Assembly: GCF_001194135.2 (NCBI RefSeq)
Contig: NC_069003.1
Span: 1,183,737-1,247,736, forward strand
Reading direction: 5' to 3'
Source: Octopus bimaculoides
Lineage: Eukaryota
DNA length: 64,000 nucleotides
In this document: positions 1 to 12,867 of the stretch, one piece after another
Layout: every line of letters starts with the position of its first letter
How positions within the stretch are numbered: the stretch's first letter is position 1
Notes under the pieces: generated by a model
What the model was told of the DNA's origin: nothing
The model's input: the letters and a program-made list of their open reading frames with translations, nothing else
The model's database searches: none
Program-made: the position numbers and the translations under genes

Positions 1-480
1 ATATATTTGTATGTATATATATTTATATATGTATATATATTTGTATGTATATATATTTATATATGTATATATATTTGTATGTATATATATTTATATACGT
101 ATATATATTTGTATGTATATATATATATATATATATTTATATATGTATATATATTTGTATATATATATATGTATATGTATGTATATATGTATACGTCTAT
201 ATAAACATACCTATGTACACACATATACATATATATACCACCCAATACATCACAATCACTTCGCCATGCATATCCATCCATCCATCCATCCATCCATTCA
301 CCTACCTATCTATCTATCTACCTGTCTGTCTATCTATCTATCTGTCTATCTATCTATCTATCTATCTGCTTATCGGTCTGTTTGTCTCTCTCTCTAGTAT
401 TCTATCTGTCTCTGTCAGTTTATATCTTAATTCATCCGTCTCTCACTCTCACTACCCCCCCCCCTCTCTCCATCTCTAAA
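1..480. repeat. Compound microsatellite block: (TA)n/(TATG)n, (CATC)n, (TCTA)n, (CT)n
   Basis: Directly visible. Representative of dozens of similar TA/CA/CT/TCTA/AAT/TAG tracts throughout the window. Confidence 0.95.
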
Positions 481-954
481 CCACTACATCACAAGCACTT
501 CCGTATATCAATCGATTTTTTTGTCTCAACCTAAACACACCTCTGTATAGAGCACCTTAGCTGTTCTACCTGTCTGTCTGTCTTTCTGCCCGCACACCTG
601 CTTGTCTGTGCGTCATTGTATGTCTGCATCTCCTTCTCAGCCCCTATATCTCTCTCCCTCCCATGTCTCTATTTCTCCTTCTCTTCCATTCTCTCTCTCT
701 CTCTCTCCTATTTTCCCTCTCATTTTTTCTCTCTTATTCGCTTTCTCCGTCTTTCCCTTTCACTCTCTCTGCTTTCGTTACCATCTTTACATCTCTCCCT
801 CTCACTCTATCTCTATATGACTTTCCCTATCTCCCTCGCTATTCATTACGCTTAGTCTCTCTCTCTCTCTCTCTCTCGCTCTCTCTCTCTCTTTCTCCTG
901 TCAATCGTGCTTTCTGACCTTCCTCGTCTTTCTTCATTTCACCTTCTCTCTTTC

Positions 955-1135
955 TCTCTCTCACTACCTGTCTGATTATCTCTCTCTCTCACCCTCTCAC
1001 TACCTGTCTGATTCTCTCTCTCTCTCACTCTCTCACTACCTGTCTGATTCTCTCTCTCTCTCACTCTCTCACTACCTGTCTGATTCTCTCTCTCTCTCTC
1101 TCTCACTACCTGTCTGTTTCTCTCTCTCTCTCTCA
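955..1135. repeat. Minisatellite, 5 copies of CACTACCTGTCTG separated by variable (CT)n, period about 35 bp
   Basis: Core motif at about 962, 999, 1034, 1070 and 1104. Confidence 0.9.
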
Positions 1136-2416
1136 TTCATTTTCTTCTCTGCTTTCTGTCGCTGTCTTTCCAAACATTCTCTCTCCACCTTTCTCTTTGT
1201 CTTTCTCTCCAATGTCTCTCCCTCCCCCTCTCTCTCTTTCCAGCATACACACACCCTTTCCTTTCCGTCCCTCTACACTTCCACTGCCCCCTTTTCCCAA
1301 CGTCTCTCTTCCCCCCATCAAATCTTCCACTCACACCTTCACTCTTTATCTCTCTCTCTCACACACCATCACTCCCACCCTACCCTATCTACCACTTCCA
1401 TACTCCCCCCCCTCATTCTCTTCATTTCCGACCGTTCCTCCTCGCACCTCCACACCTACTCCCTCTCTCTCTCTCTCTCTCTCTCCACCCCCTCCTAAAA
1501 CTAACTCAGTCACTCTCTCACCAACACGTAAACACACACACACACACACACACTTTCCTCTCTCTCTTTTCACTCCTCCACCACCGCCNNNNNNNNNNNN
1601 NNNNNNNNNNNNNNNNNNNNNNNNNNNNNNNNNNNNNNNNNNNNNNNNNNNNNNNNNNNNNNNNNNNNNNNNNNNNNNNNNNNNNNNNNNNNNNNNNNNN
1701 NNNNNNNNNNNNNNNNNNNNNNNNNNNNNNNNNNNNNNNNNNNNNNNNNNNNNNNNNNNNNNNNNNNNNNNNNNNNNNNNNNNNNNNNNNNNNNNNNNNN
1801 NNNNNNNNNNNNNNNNNNNNNNNNNNNNNNNNNNNNNNNNNNNNNNNNNNNNNNNNNNNNNNNNNNNNNNNNNNNNNNNNNNNNNNNNNNNNNNNNNNNN
1901 NNNNNNNNNNNNNNNNNNNNNNNNNNNNNNNNNNNNNNNNNNNNNNNNNNNNNNNNNNNNNNNNNNNNNNNNNNNNNNNNNNNNNNNNNNNNNNNNNNNN
2001 NNNNNNNNNNNNNNNNNNNNNNNNNNNNNNNNNNNNNNNNNNNNNNNNNNNNNNNNNNNNNNNNNNNNNNNNNNNNNNNNNNNNNNNNNNNNNNNNNNNN
2101 NNNNNNNNNNNNNNNNNNNNNNNNNNNNNNNNNNNNNNNNNNNNNNNNNNNNNNNNNNNNNNNNNNNNNNNNNNNNNNNNNNNNNNNNNNNNNNNNNNNN
2201 NNNNNNNNNNNNNNNNNNNNNNNNNNNNNNNNNNNNNNNNNNNNNNNNNNNNNNNNNNNNNNNNNNNNNNNNNNNNNNNNNNNNNNNNNNNNNNNNNNNN
2301 NNNNNNNNNNNNNNNNNNNNNNNNNNNNNNNNNNNNNNNNNNNTATATACCTATCTATGTATCATTTCTTCAGCTATCTCTCGACTATACTATCCCCATC
2401 TTATCTCTCTACCTAC

Positions 2417-2496
<80 letters not shown>

Positions 2497-3509
2497 ATAT
2501 ATATATATATATATGTATGTATATATTCACCTATCAGTCTATACCATCCATCCATCCATCTATTTATCTGTCTGTCTCCTTCGTCTCTCTCTCTCTCTGA
2601 ATTCTCAGTAATTGACTCCAACCTATCAAGTTACATTCAATTTCTTTCTCTTCTTTTTTTCCTTCCGCACTTTCTCCCTCTCTCTTTCTCTCTCTCTCTC
2701 TCTCTCATTCACCCTTCTCTCAGTCTCTCTCCTCCCTCCATCCTCTCTCTCTCTCTCTCTCAACTACGTCGATAAATGAGTCAACGATTTTTAAACAGCA
2801 GATAAACTAAAAAGAACTTTACTCATTCACGCATCAACTCGCCTCTTCTCCCCCTGCCCCCTCACACTCTCTCACTACTTCTTACCTCCTACTCCATCAC
2901 CCTCCCTCACTATCTCTCCTACTCCTCGCTTCTCTCTCTGCCCTCTCTCTTTCTCTATTTCTCCCTCCTTCTCTCATCTTCTCAATCACGAAATCAGTTT
3001 CCCCCTTCCTCCTCTTCCCCTCTTCCTCTTCCCCTCCTCCTCTTCCCCTCCTCCTCTTCCCATCCTCCTCTTCCCCTCGTTCGTACTTCTTTTTTACACT
3101 CATTATGCACAACATACTCCCTCTCATGGCAAAGTAAGGCTTTAAATGGTACTCATCTGTTGCTTTATTATTAATTAATTAATGAAAGAAGGCGGGACAG
3201 AGCACACGGCCAACTTTTTTCATATTTATTTATTTGTTTATTTATTCATTCATTCGTTTTATTCCATTTTCCATTCTTGCTCCTCCCTGGACCGCTGAAA
3301 TCAATGATGCGGTTGACGGTTCAGTTGGGAAATGATGCTTCGTTGATGTTGTTGTTGTGGATGATGATGATGATGATGATGATTGTTAACGTCGTTATTA
3401 TTGTTGTTGTCGGTGTTGTTTTATTGTTGTAGTTGGCTTTGTTGTTATTGTTGTTATGCTGTTGTTGTTCTTGATCGTTGTTAGTTGTTGCAACGGTTTC
3501 TGTAACTCA

Positions 3510-3790
3510 TTTTGTTGCTCTACAGCCTCAGAGCAACTCCGATCGAGCAGCCATTTAATTAAAAACATTCCGGTCGTGGCCATCCTGTTTTTCATTCACG
3601 CATACCTTATCATGAATTACCTTATCTCAAGTACATTTCTTTTCCTTCTAATTTGATAAAATGCAATTTGAGGGTGATCAGCTGATAGTTCTTGGTTCGT
3701 TGTTGCTATCATGTCTCAGATTAGGTCCGATTGCAGATATTTATTTATAATAAAACGCCTTCCATCCGTGACAATCCTGTTTCCGTTATG
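3510..3790 (+). repeat. Two adjacent diverged copies of a short dispersed repeat (family C; approximate consensus TGTTGCT..TAGCCCCAG.TCA...CTGATCGAGCAGACCTATGATCAAAGGCATTCCAGCCGTGACCATCC)
   Basis: Copies at about 3510-3595 and 3700-3790. Further copies at about 13890-13965, 14720-14790, 14910-14985 and 59830-59890 share GAGCAGAC(C/T)TATGATC and CC(A/G)GCCGTGACCATCC-like blocks. Confidence 0.55.
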
Positions 3791-4674
3791 TCCAAAGAAC
3801 TTAGAGAAATATTAGCCTATATAACCTTTTCGATGACGGTGTTAGTTACTTGAGGGAAACTTCAGCTATTGTGTCTATGCATTGCTTGTTATTATGATTT
3901 TTTTGGAGGGGAAGAGTTATCAGTGTGTGTGTGTGTGTAGATGGGGGGGGGGCGCGGTTCAGCGAAGAAGGATTGGTGAAAAAATATTTAACAAGTGTTT
4001 TCGACATGAAACTTACGACAGTTTGTAGTTGTTGTTGGTGTTTGAATTCCAGCTTTGAGAGAGTAGCCGTATTATCGAAGCTTTCCCACATCTGATCACC
4101 CTGTGGTTAATCAAATCCAACTTGAACCATCACGTCTTGCTTCCCCAAACCGTTCGGTTCCTCCGCTTGTTTTAATAATATAGGGTGTGGTTTAAGTGTG
4201 ATTACTCTGCCGTATCTAACAAGAAAAACCTCCGCTTTTGACCTGCATTTTCATTTAATCCCAGGCCAATCTTAACTCAGGTTTTCTGTAACGTAACTCG
4301 AGAGGACTAAAGAGTATTACATTATGCAATAGGTGATTACGTAAAACATTAGTTTTTTTTTTGTTTCTAGAGTAAAGTTAGCTCGCTATTTCTAGCAGAC
4401 TGACTGAGCTAGAAAGGGTTCCTTCCTAGGCTACATATTTGGTAACTTTGGGACGAATATACAACAGAGTCAGCAGAAGAATATATGGAGGTAACACAAT
4501 AATAACGTTGAGCGATGAGGGATGACATGAGTGAGACAGAGATTTCATTCAACTTAAGTGTGAGGAATGACTCTTTGCCGATCTGCAGAACGGTAATATG
4601 CATTGCCAAGAGAATTAAGAAATCCACACATATGAAGATTCTCTTCACACGATACCAGACGAACAAATGTCCTG

Positions 4675-4709
<35 letters not shown>

Positions 4710-4897
4710 TATTTAGTGAGAAGGCTGTATGTATTTGTGTGTACATATATATATATATATATATATAGGGATTAGCATTATCATGCTTCTCCAACATACT
4801 GAGAATTCAGAAATAGCAGCCAAAGAACTACTGATTCCAAAACTACAAATTTTTCTCTAAATTGATAGCGATATTCATGGTACACACAGAACAAAAC

Positions 4898-4955
<58 letters not shown>

Positions 4956-4959
4956 GTGC

Positions 4960-4990
<31 letters not shown>

Positions 4991-4994
4991 CGCG

Positions 4995-5330
4995 TGTAGT
5001 CTTCTCCCCAAACTTCTTCTGGTATAACTTTATTCTTCTCAGCATCTCCTACCCGCCAGAGGCACATCGCATCTCTCTCCTTCTTCAATACGCAAACGGG
5101 GAACTGATGAAAGAATCTCTTTTCATCAGAGCCCTTCCAATCAATATATTAGGAAGCTATGCAACAACATTAGCAAAATCTCACATAAATACACACTCTC
5201 TCCCTTCTGATACAATTACCTCTTCATATTCCACCCCACCCACCGCTGCCTTGCAAGTACTCCGATACACCTCACCTACTCTCCAGTCTCACCCTCTCAC
5301 ACTCGAGAGTTCTCTCTTCTCTCGACTCTC
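4995..5330 (-). mobile_element. Possible highly decayed 3' end of an L1/Tx1-like LINE ORF2
   Basis: Minus-strand translation fragments (..LIGRALMKRDSFISS.. and ..KLYQKKFGEK) loosely resemble the C-terminus seen at 24560-24850. Multiple stops. Judged by eye only. Confidence 0.25.
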
Positions 5331-5954
5331 TTTTTTCTGTTGTTTTTTTTTATCAACTCTGCCAGGATTCATGCAAACTTTCAAGATCCAAGGGTCAGAT
5401 TTATCATTGGATAGGCTCTTTACTATCTCTGTCAATTGACTCACAAAATCGGCCTTTCATTGTTTACCTTTACCTGTTTGTTTGGTTACACAAAACGTAA
5501 TTTTGAATTACGTAGATTTACTTTATATATATATATATATATATATNNNNNNNNNNNNNNNNNNNNNNNNNNNNNNNNNNNNNNNNNNNNNNNNNNNNNN
5601 NNNNNNNNNNNNNNNNNNNNNNNNNNNNNNNNNNNNNNNNNNNNNNNNNNNNNNNNNNNNNNNNNNNNNNNNNNNNNNNNNNNNNNNNNNNNNNNNNNNN
5701 NNNNNNNNNNNNNNNNNNNNNNNNNNNNNNNNNNNNNNNNNNNNNNNNNNNNNNNNNNNNNNNNNNNNNNNNNNNNNNNNNNNNNNNNNNNNNNNNNNNN
5801 NNNNNNNNNNNNNNNNNNNNNNNNNNNNNNNNNNNNNNNNNNNNNNNNNNNNNNNNNNNNNNNNNNNNNNNNNNNNNNNNNNNNNNNNNNNNNNNNNNNN
5901 NNNNNNNNNNNNNNNNNNNNNNNNNNNNNNNNNNNNNNNNNNNNNNNNNNNNNN

Positions 5955-5999
<45 letters not shown>

Positions 6000-6464
6000 A
6001 TGTATGTATATATGGTAAATGAAAGACGGACGGTAGAAATACGAGAAGTGTTATTACTCACCACAACTGTTACGGAACATCTAGCATCGATCCCTCACGG
6101 GTGGCATACTTAAAGACTGCTTCAGGAGCATCCGACGGTGCAAATGTGTCTCTGCAGCATCCGACGGTGCAAATAGATATAACTCGTTAAAATAAGAGTT
6201 CTGCAATGTATCTTCTCATTTTTGTAAAGAAAAGCAGTAAATTAACCGATATAGCTTCGTTTATATTAGATGATCAAAATTAAAATAACAAATGTAAAGA
6301 GAGAAACGAACAGGTAATACAGTGAAAAAGTATTAGAAATCTCGTCAATTACAAGAAATCACCTGCATAAGAGGCTAACGGGAAGTGTAGGAAGTCCATA
6401 ACTGCAACTTGTAAAAGAATATGTATAGATATGTCTGTGTGTAAATGAACATATATACAAATAT

Positions 6465-6615
6465 AGAGAGGGTGTGAGGTAAGAAGCTTGCTTCCCAACC
6501 ACATGGTTCGGTGTTCAATCTCGTTGAGTGGAAATCTCCGAAATTGTCTTCTACAAAGCTTCAGGTCGAATAAAACTTTGAGTGGATTTGACAGACGGAA
6601 ACTGAAAGAAGCCTG

Positions 6616-6675
<60 letters not shown>

Positions 6676-6945
6676 TTGTGCATGTGTGTATCTATGTGTG
6701 TGTGTGTGTGTGTGTTTGTGCATGTGTGTATCTATGTGTGTGTGTGTGTCTTTCAGTCTGTGTTTGTTAACCGACGTTGGTGTGTTCACGTCCCCGAAAT
6801 TTAGTGCTTTGGGAAAAGAGCGATAAAATAGGTACCAGGCTTTAAAACCCAAGTCCTGAGGTCAATACATACAACTAAAAGTCTTCTCATCCTTGAGGGT
6901 GCTCCAGCCTGGTCGCAGTGGAACAGTTGAATGAAGCAGGAAAAA
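6465..6945 (+). mobile_element. SINE family A (tRNA-like head, CORE-like segment, internal microsatellite, 3' tail), full-length diverged copy
   Basis: Head GTGTGAGGTAAGAAGCTTGCTTCCCAACCACATGGTTC, then ...GACGGAAACTGAAAGAAGCC + (TA)n/(TG)n, then tail ...CACGTCCCC...GGTGCTCCAGCCTGGTCGCAG. Collinear with the copy at 59131-59532. Confidence 0.85.
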
Positions 6946-6970
6946 AGGCAAAAAATATGTGTATACATAC

Positions 6971-7003
<33 letters not shown>

Positions 7004-7661
7004 GATACGTGTGTGTGTGTGATATATATATATAAGATGAAAAAGAAAATGGAGATAGTGAAGTTAATAATTGTTTATTATTAACAGCAAATTAATCATC
7101 TTCCCTTATTAAATTTATATGACCACCACCATCATCATCATCAACTACAACAAGAACGCAAAAATATCGATGAAAACAATAACAATAGTCTAAACTTCAA
7201 CACCTGCATTTAAGAAACACTTAACTTCATCTTACGCCTTCTTACTCTCTTCCACATTCCATAATCAACGATAAACGCATACACACACTTACACAGGCAT
7301 ACACACATACACACACGCATACACACATACACACACGCATACACACATACACACACGGGGAGTTTGATGTATATGGGTAAATACCGACAGAAGTACATTT
7401 ACATATATCCCTACACACTCACACAGACACAAGGACACACGCATACACTCAGTAAGCACACGCAATCATTTGCACACACATACACGCACACGCAGGCACA
7501 TGGGATATATTAAAAATCGGAGATAACACCTGCATTTCTCTCATTCTCCATTCCTATACCTGTCTCTATCTATCTATCCATTTGTCTGTCTGTCTGTCTG
7601 TCGATCGACCTATCTATCTATCTATCTACCTATCTATCTATCTACCTATCTATCTATCTAC

Positions 7662-7712
<51 letters not shown>

Positions 7713-7971
7713 AGTACATACATGTTTGTGTGTGTGTGTGTGTGTGTGGTGTGTATATATACAGAGACAGAGATATAGACTCATAGTCAGGACAGATAGA
7801 TTCCCTGTCTACACATAAACATGTGCAAGTGTGTTAGCGGGAATATGTTTGTTCCCATATTTTATATTCATATGTATGTCTGCTTACATTTTCTACAACC
7901 GACTATTTACGCATATATATTTGAATAGAGACATTTAAGTCTGTGTGTATATTGATATACATTCCCACTCA

Positions 7972-8062
<91 letters not shown>

Positions 8063-8186
8063 CATATATGTATATATATATATATATATGCGTATATATA
8101 CTTATATAAATTTATATCAGTGTATCTAGTTGTCTATATTGATATATATATCTATAATTATGTATTGATATATATATCTATAATTA

Positions 8187-8224
<38 letters not shown>

Positions 8225-8708
8225 CATATATATATATACCCATCGAACAACATATATCCATATATAAATATGTATGCATATATTTATATCTATGTGTGTG
8301 TGTTTGTAAATATGCTTATATTTATAGATAAATATGCGTGTCTGTGTCAGTGTGTACGTTTGCCTAATGGCTTCCATCGGTGTTGGCTGACTGCAACTGA
8401 ACTTGTTTGCCAGTTTTTATAATGAAAACCTAATCGATATATCGATCTCACTTGATCTGGCTTCGTGGGTCGTATGAAAGGAGTATCCAGGGATACCAAC
8501 ACTTACACTATCTCACACGTAGGCTCATACACACAAAGTAAACATCTGCACACTCACATACGCCTCTGTATCGCTTTCCACACACACACACACACACACG
8601 CACACATACACAGCCTAGTGTCTTTTAAGATCACACACTATGTAATCTGCACAGACTTAACGTACACATACAGAAGCTCACATGTACTGATATATTCTTA
8701 CGCTCATT

Positions 8709-8753
<45 letters not shown>

Positions 8754-8829
8754 GTGTATACATGGACAACTGTGTATATGAATATAGGCTTGTATACATA
8801 TACAGACATACATACATATATATGCATAC

Positions 8830-8931
<102 letters not shown>

Positions 8932-8986
8932 GCATTCACACACTCACACACACACAGAAATTTTATTTCTTTGCTTTTTAATTTTT

Positions 8987-9195
8987 ATTCTACTCTAGGC
9001 ATAAGTCCCGAAATTTTTGGGGGATGGGCCCAGTCGATTAGATCGACACCATTATGCAGCTGGTACTTAATTTATCGACTCCGTAAGGATGAAAGGTAAA
9101 GTCGACCTTGTCGGAATTTGAACTCAGAACGTAGCGACAAACGAAATACCGCTAAGCATTTCGCCCGGCCCTCCTAGCGTTTCTGCCAGCTCCCC
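8987..9195 (-). mobile_element. SINE family B (tRNA-like head; central GAGGTCGACTTTGCCTTTCATCCTTTCGGGGTCGATAAATTAAGTACCAG-type domain), full copy
   Basis: Reverse complement aligns along its length with the plus-strand copy at 63333 and the minus-strand copy at 34183. Confidence 0.9.
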
Positions 9196-9644
9196 ACGCA
9201 TATATATACTAATTTACGAAAGCAGAAATGTTTTCAGAGCTTGTTACTCATCGTTTTACGTTACATAATTTTGTACAACCGAAGTATTTAGAACAATAAA
9301 ATAGTTTCTGAATTCTTATAACGACACTATTTTTCTGAGTATTCTCATTTTTGACAGATTTTCATGAGAGACTCTGAGTAATTCCATCTGCAGTATAGTA
9401 TTTTCATCTTCAAGTCAAAGCAGCCTAATCGTATGTTTCGTTTATTATTTTCTTACCTCCACGGGGTCACAATTTAAGTGTCTGTATTTTTATCAGCGAA
9501 TACGTGCTCAACCAAATAACTTCGAGATCATTATCATATATTTTAGCGAAAATGTAGAGTATTGTTATATTAGTTTTAAGTTTTAGCCAGTCATTTTAAG
9601 GAAAACGGTAATTCGATCACATTCACCGTAGAGCTCAATTTGAA

Positions 9645-9768
9645 CTCATTTTATCGAATCTGAAAGGCAAAGTTGACCTCGGCGGAATTTGAACTCCGAA
9701 CGTAGAGACAAGCGAAATTCCCCCAAATATGTTGCTCGGCGTGCTAACGATTACTCCAGCTCACCGCT
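9645..9768 (-). mobile_element. SINE family B, partial copy
   Basis: GGCAAAGTTGACCTCGGCGGAATTTGAACTCCGAACGTAG...CGGCGTGCTAACG matches other B copies. Confidence 0.8.
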
Positions 9769-9802
9769 TTGAAGAATGCTGTTGTATTAATACATGACAA
9801 TA

Positions 9803-9970
9803 GGCGCAGGCGAAACTGTGAGGTAGAGAGCTTGCTTCCTAGCCACATGGCCCTGGGTTCACTTCCACTGCGTGGGACCTTCGGCAAGTGTCTTCTATTA
9901 TAGTCTCACGCCGACCAATGCCTTGCGAGAGGATTTGGTATAGTAAGAAACCGAAAGAAGCCCGTCGTCC
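9803..9970 (+). mobile_element. SINE family A, 5' half
   Basis: GGCGCAGG...AGCTTGCTTCCTAGCCACATGG...CCACTGCGTGGGACCTTCGGCAAGTGTCTTCTA...AAAGAAGCCCGTCGT. Confidence 0.85.
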
Positions 9971-10018
9971 AGCTCGGCTACAACCTTTGGGCTGAAAATT
10001 ATAAAAGAATAGAAGATT

Positions 10019-10072
<54 letters not shown>

Positions 10073-10440
10073 GCATAAAATGTCAGGAGTCCTGAGACGC
10101 GAAAAGAATGGTATCATATAAATATCAATATATAAATATGTTCAGAGGAAGAAGGTATATCTAAAGATATTAAAAGATTTCNNNNNNNNNNNNNNNNNNN
10201 NNNNNNNNNNNNNNNNNNNNNNNNNNNNNNNNNNNNNNNNNNNNNNNNNNNNNNNNNNNNNNNNNNNNNNNNNNNNNNNNNNNNNNNNNNNNNNNNNNNN
10301 NNNNNNNNNNNNNNNNNNNNNNNNNNNNNNNNNNNNNNNNNNNNNNNNNNNNNNNNNNNNNNNNNNNNNNNNNNNNNNNNNNNNNNNNNNNNNNNNNNNN
10401 NNNNNNNNNNNNNNNNNNNNNNNNNNNNNNNNNNNNNNNN

Positions 10441-10481
<41 letters not shown>

Positions 10482-11540
10482 TATATGGCTGGGTATAGAT
10501 ATATATATATCTATATCTATGTATATATTCATACAGATACTGGAATATCATTTCCTGCCAGTATTCTGCTGCTGTTTCTCTGAAGGAATTCCTAGCAGAT
10601 ATTTGTGAAAGATGCGACACAATTAAACAAGACATACAAAAGCCTGGTGGATAACAACTCTTACAGCAATCTTAAAGAAATTATTCTTGATAATAACGGC
10701 ATTTAAATGCAATTATTTATGTCTGAAATAAATGATAAATTCACGAAACGCCATCAATACCGCCTGAGAGATTCATTGTGTTTCCACTGTAAATCGTGTA
10801 GGAATTTTTTTTTTTTTCGTTAAACCAGGAGCAAACTGAGAGTATTAAGGGCCCATGGGCACAGCTTGAAAAACCTTGTTATACAAGAAACCGGAAACTT
10901 TTTTTCTGGATCGAAATTACTGATAATAATCTGATAGCAAGATGGTTCGATAAAATGAGTTGAAAACAGCAGTAAAGCCTATGAGATCGCCGTGGAAACT
11001 TTTATCAAATACCTTAGTAAATGTATGAATTTTTGAAAGTAAGAAGGAATAAACTTTGTAAGTGGCCAAGAGTAGGAGACGTTGTCAGTTTATTAAAGAA
11101 GCCACATATGTTTCACAAAATTTATGGAGAGCCAAACAATTGATGTGTTTCGCGTTATAACGACGAAACTTCGTCGTCTGCGTAACTGGCACGTATGGCC
11201 TACCTCGACGACTGACTCTACTTGCTGGGTCAGTCGTCAGACGAGAATCAGGCACTATTTAGCGCTAAATTCGAAATCATGATATCAAATTCATCTGCAC
11301 TGTTTTCGCTTTTATTGTTCCCTGGAATTGTCTCCTGTCATACTTCTATTATTTTTGTTTTCGTGGCACAAGACTATTCTTGACTTCTGTTTTAGCGATG
11401 TAAGTGCTCACGAAGTAGCCTTGTTTATATACGTGTATGTGTGTGTGTGTATATATATATCATATATATATATTTTATCAATTTTACTTGGCATTCGCTG
11501 CTACCAGTGATAGCATTTTGATAGTAGTATCACGATCATG

Positions 11541-11569
<29 letters not shown>

Positions 11570-11581
<12 letters not shown>

Positions 11582-11831
11582 AAGGGCATTATTATAGAAA
11601 AATAATAACGCCACACAGTGGACTTCTCAAAATAATCACATTTAGTACCTATCTAGATTCATTCTAGTAATCGCGAAATCGGACGATACGCAATTAAGTC
11701 TATTTTAAAAGAAAGTTGGTCATCTTCTGTTGGTTGTTTTTTCCTCGCATAGGTACTAAATGTGGTTATTTTGAGAAGTCCACTGTGTGGCGTTATTATT
11801 TTTCTATAATAATGCCCTTTATATAAATATA
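11570..11831. repeat. Inverted repeat: 83-bp arms (11570-11652 and 11749-11831), 1 mismatch, 96-bp spacer; MITE/foldback-like
   Basis: Left arm ..AAAGGGCATTATTATAGAAAAATAATAACGCCACACAGTGGACTTCTCAAAATAATCACATTTAGTACCTAT is the reverse complement of the right arm except at one base. Confidence 0.9.
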
Positions 11832-12281
11832 AACGAATAANNNNNNNNNNNNNNNNNNNNNNNNNNNNNNNNNNNNNNNNNNNNNNNNNNNNNNNNNNNN
11901 NNNNNNNNNNNNNNNNNNNNNNNNNNNNNNNNNNNNNNNNNNNNNNNNNNNNNNNNNNNNNNNNNNNNNNNNNNNNNNNNNNNNNNNNNNNNNNNNNNNN
12001 NNNNNNNNNNNNNNNNNNNNNNNNNNNNNNNNNNNNNNNNNNNNNNNNNNNNNNNNNNNNNNNNNNNNNNNNNNNNNNNNNNNNNNNNNNNNNNNNNNNN
12101 NNNNNNNNNNNNNNNNNNNNNNNNNNNNNNNNNNNNNNNNNNNNNNNNNNNNNNNNNNNNNNNNNNNNNNNNNNNNNNNNNNNNNNNNNNNNNNNNNNNN
12201 NNNNNNNNNNNNNNNNNNNNNNNNNNNNNNNNNNNNNNNNNNNNNNNNNNNNNNNNNNNNNNNNNNNNNNNNNNNNNNNNN

Positions 12282-12323
<42 letters not shown>

Positions 12324-12817
12324 AGTGAAGAGGAATATCAGTGAAGAATTTTAAGAAAGAAAAATGAAAGAGGAAGAGTTAGAGTAAGAGGAAAGTTTTT
12401 TACGCAATAATTCTATGGAGAACTTTGAAGATATTGGTAGTGGAAGCAAGTCTAGAGTTGCTATAGATGTTTAATACACATATAGAGCAGAGAAAGGCTA
12501 CGGAGTGAACAAAAAACGTGATCATAGTGGCTAATAAAGAAGGATATCGAGCATGCGCAGTGGATCGTAGCATTAGCAGAAATATCGGCGCAAAGATGAA
12601 AGAGATTGCTTCGATCAGTTATCGAGTCTGCATAGGCACACACACTACACGTCGAGGCATTAATAAGAGATCACACATATAATGATATATACTAACATAC
12701 ACATATAGGGAAATACATTCACGCATATGTACATGCGCGGAAATAGATATATTTATACATATATATATGCACGTATGCACATGCAGATGTACATTTCTAA
12801 ACATGTATGCATATATA

Positions 12818-12867
<50 letters not shown>

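Noticed and set aside
5106-5131. CTGATGAAAG-AATCTC-TTTTCATCAG hairpin containing CUGAUGA
   Set aside because: The CUGAUGA is base-paired within the stem and there is no stem II/GAAA arrangement, so it is not a hammerhead.
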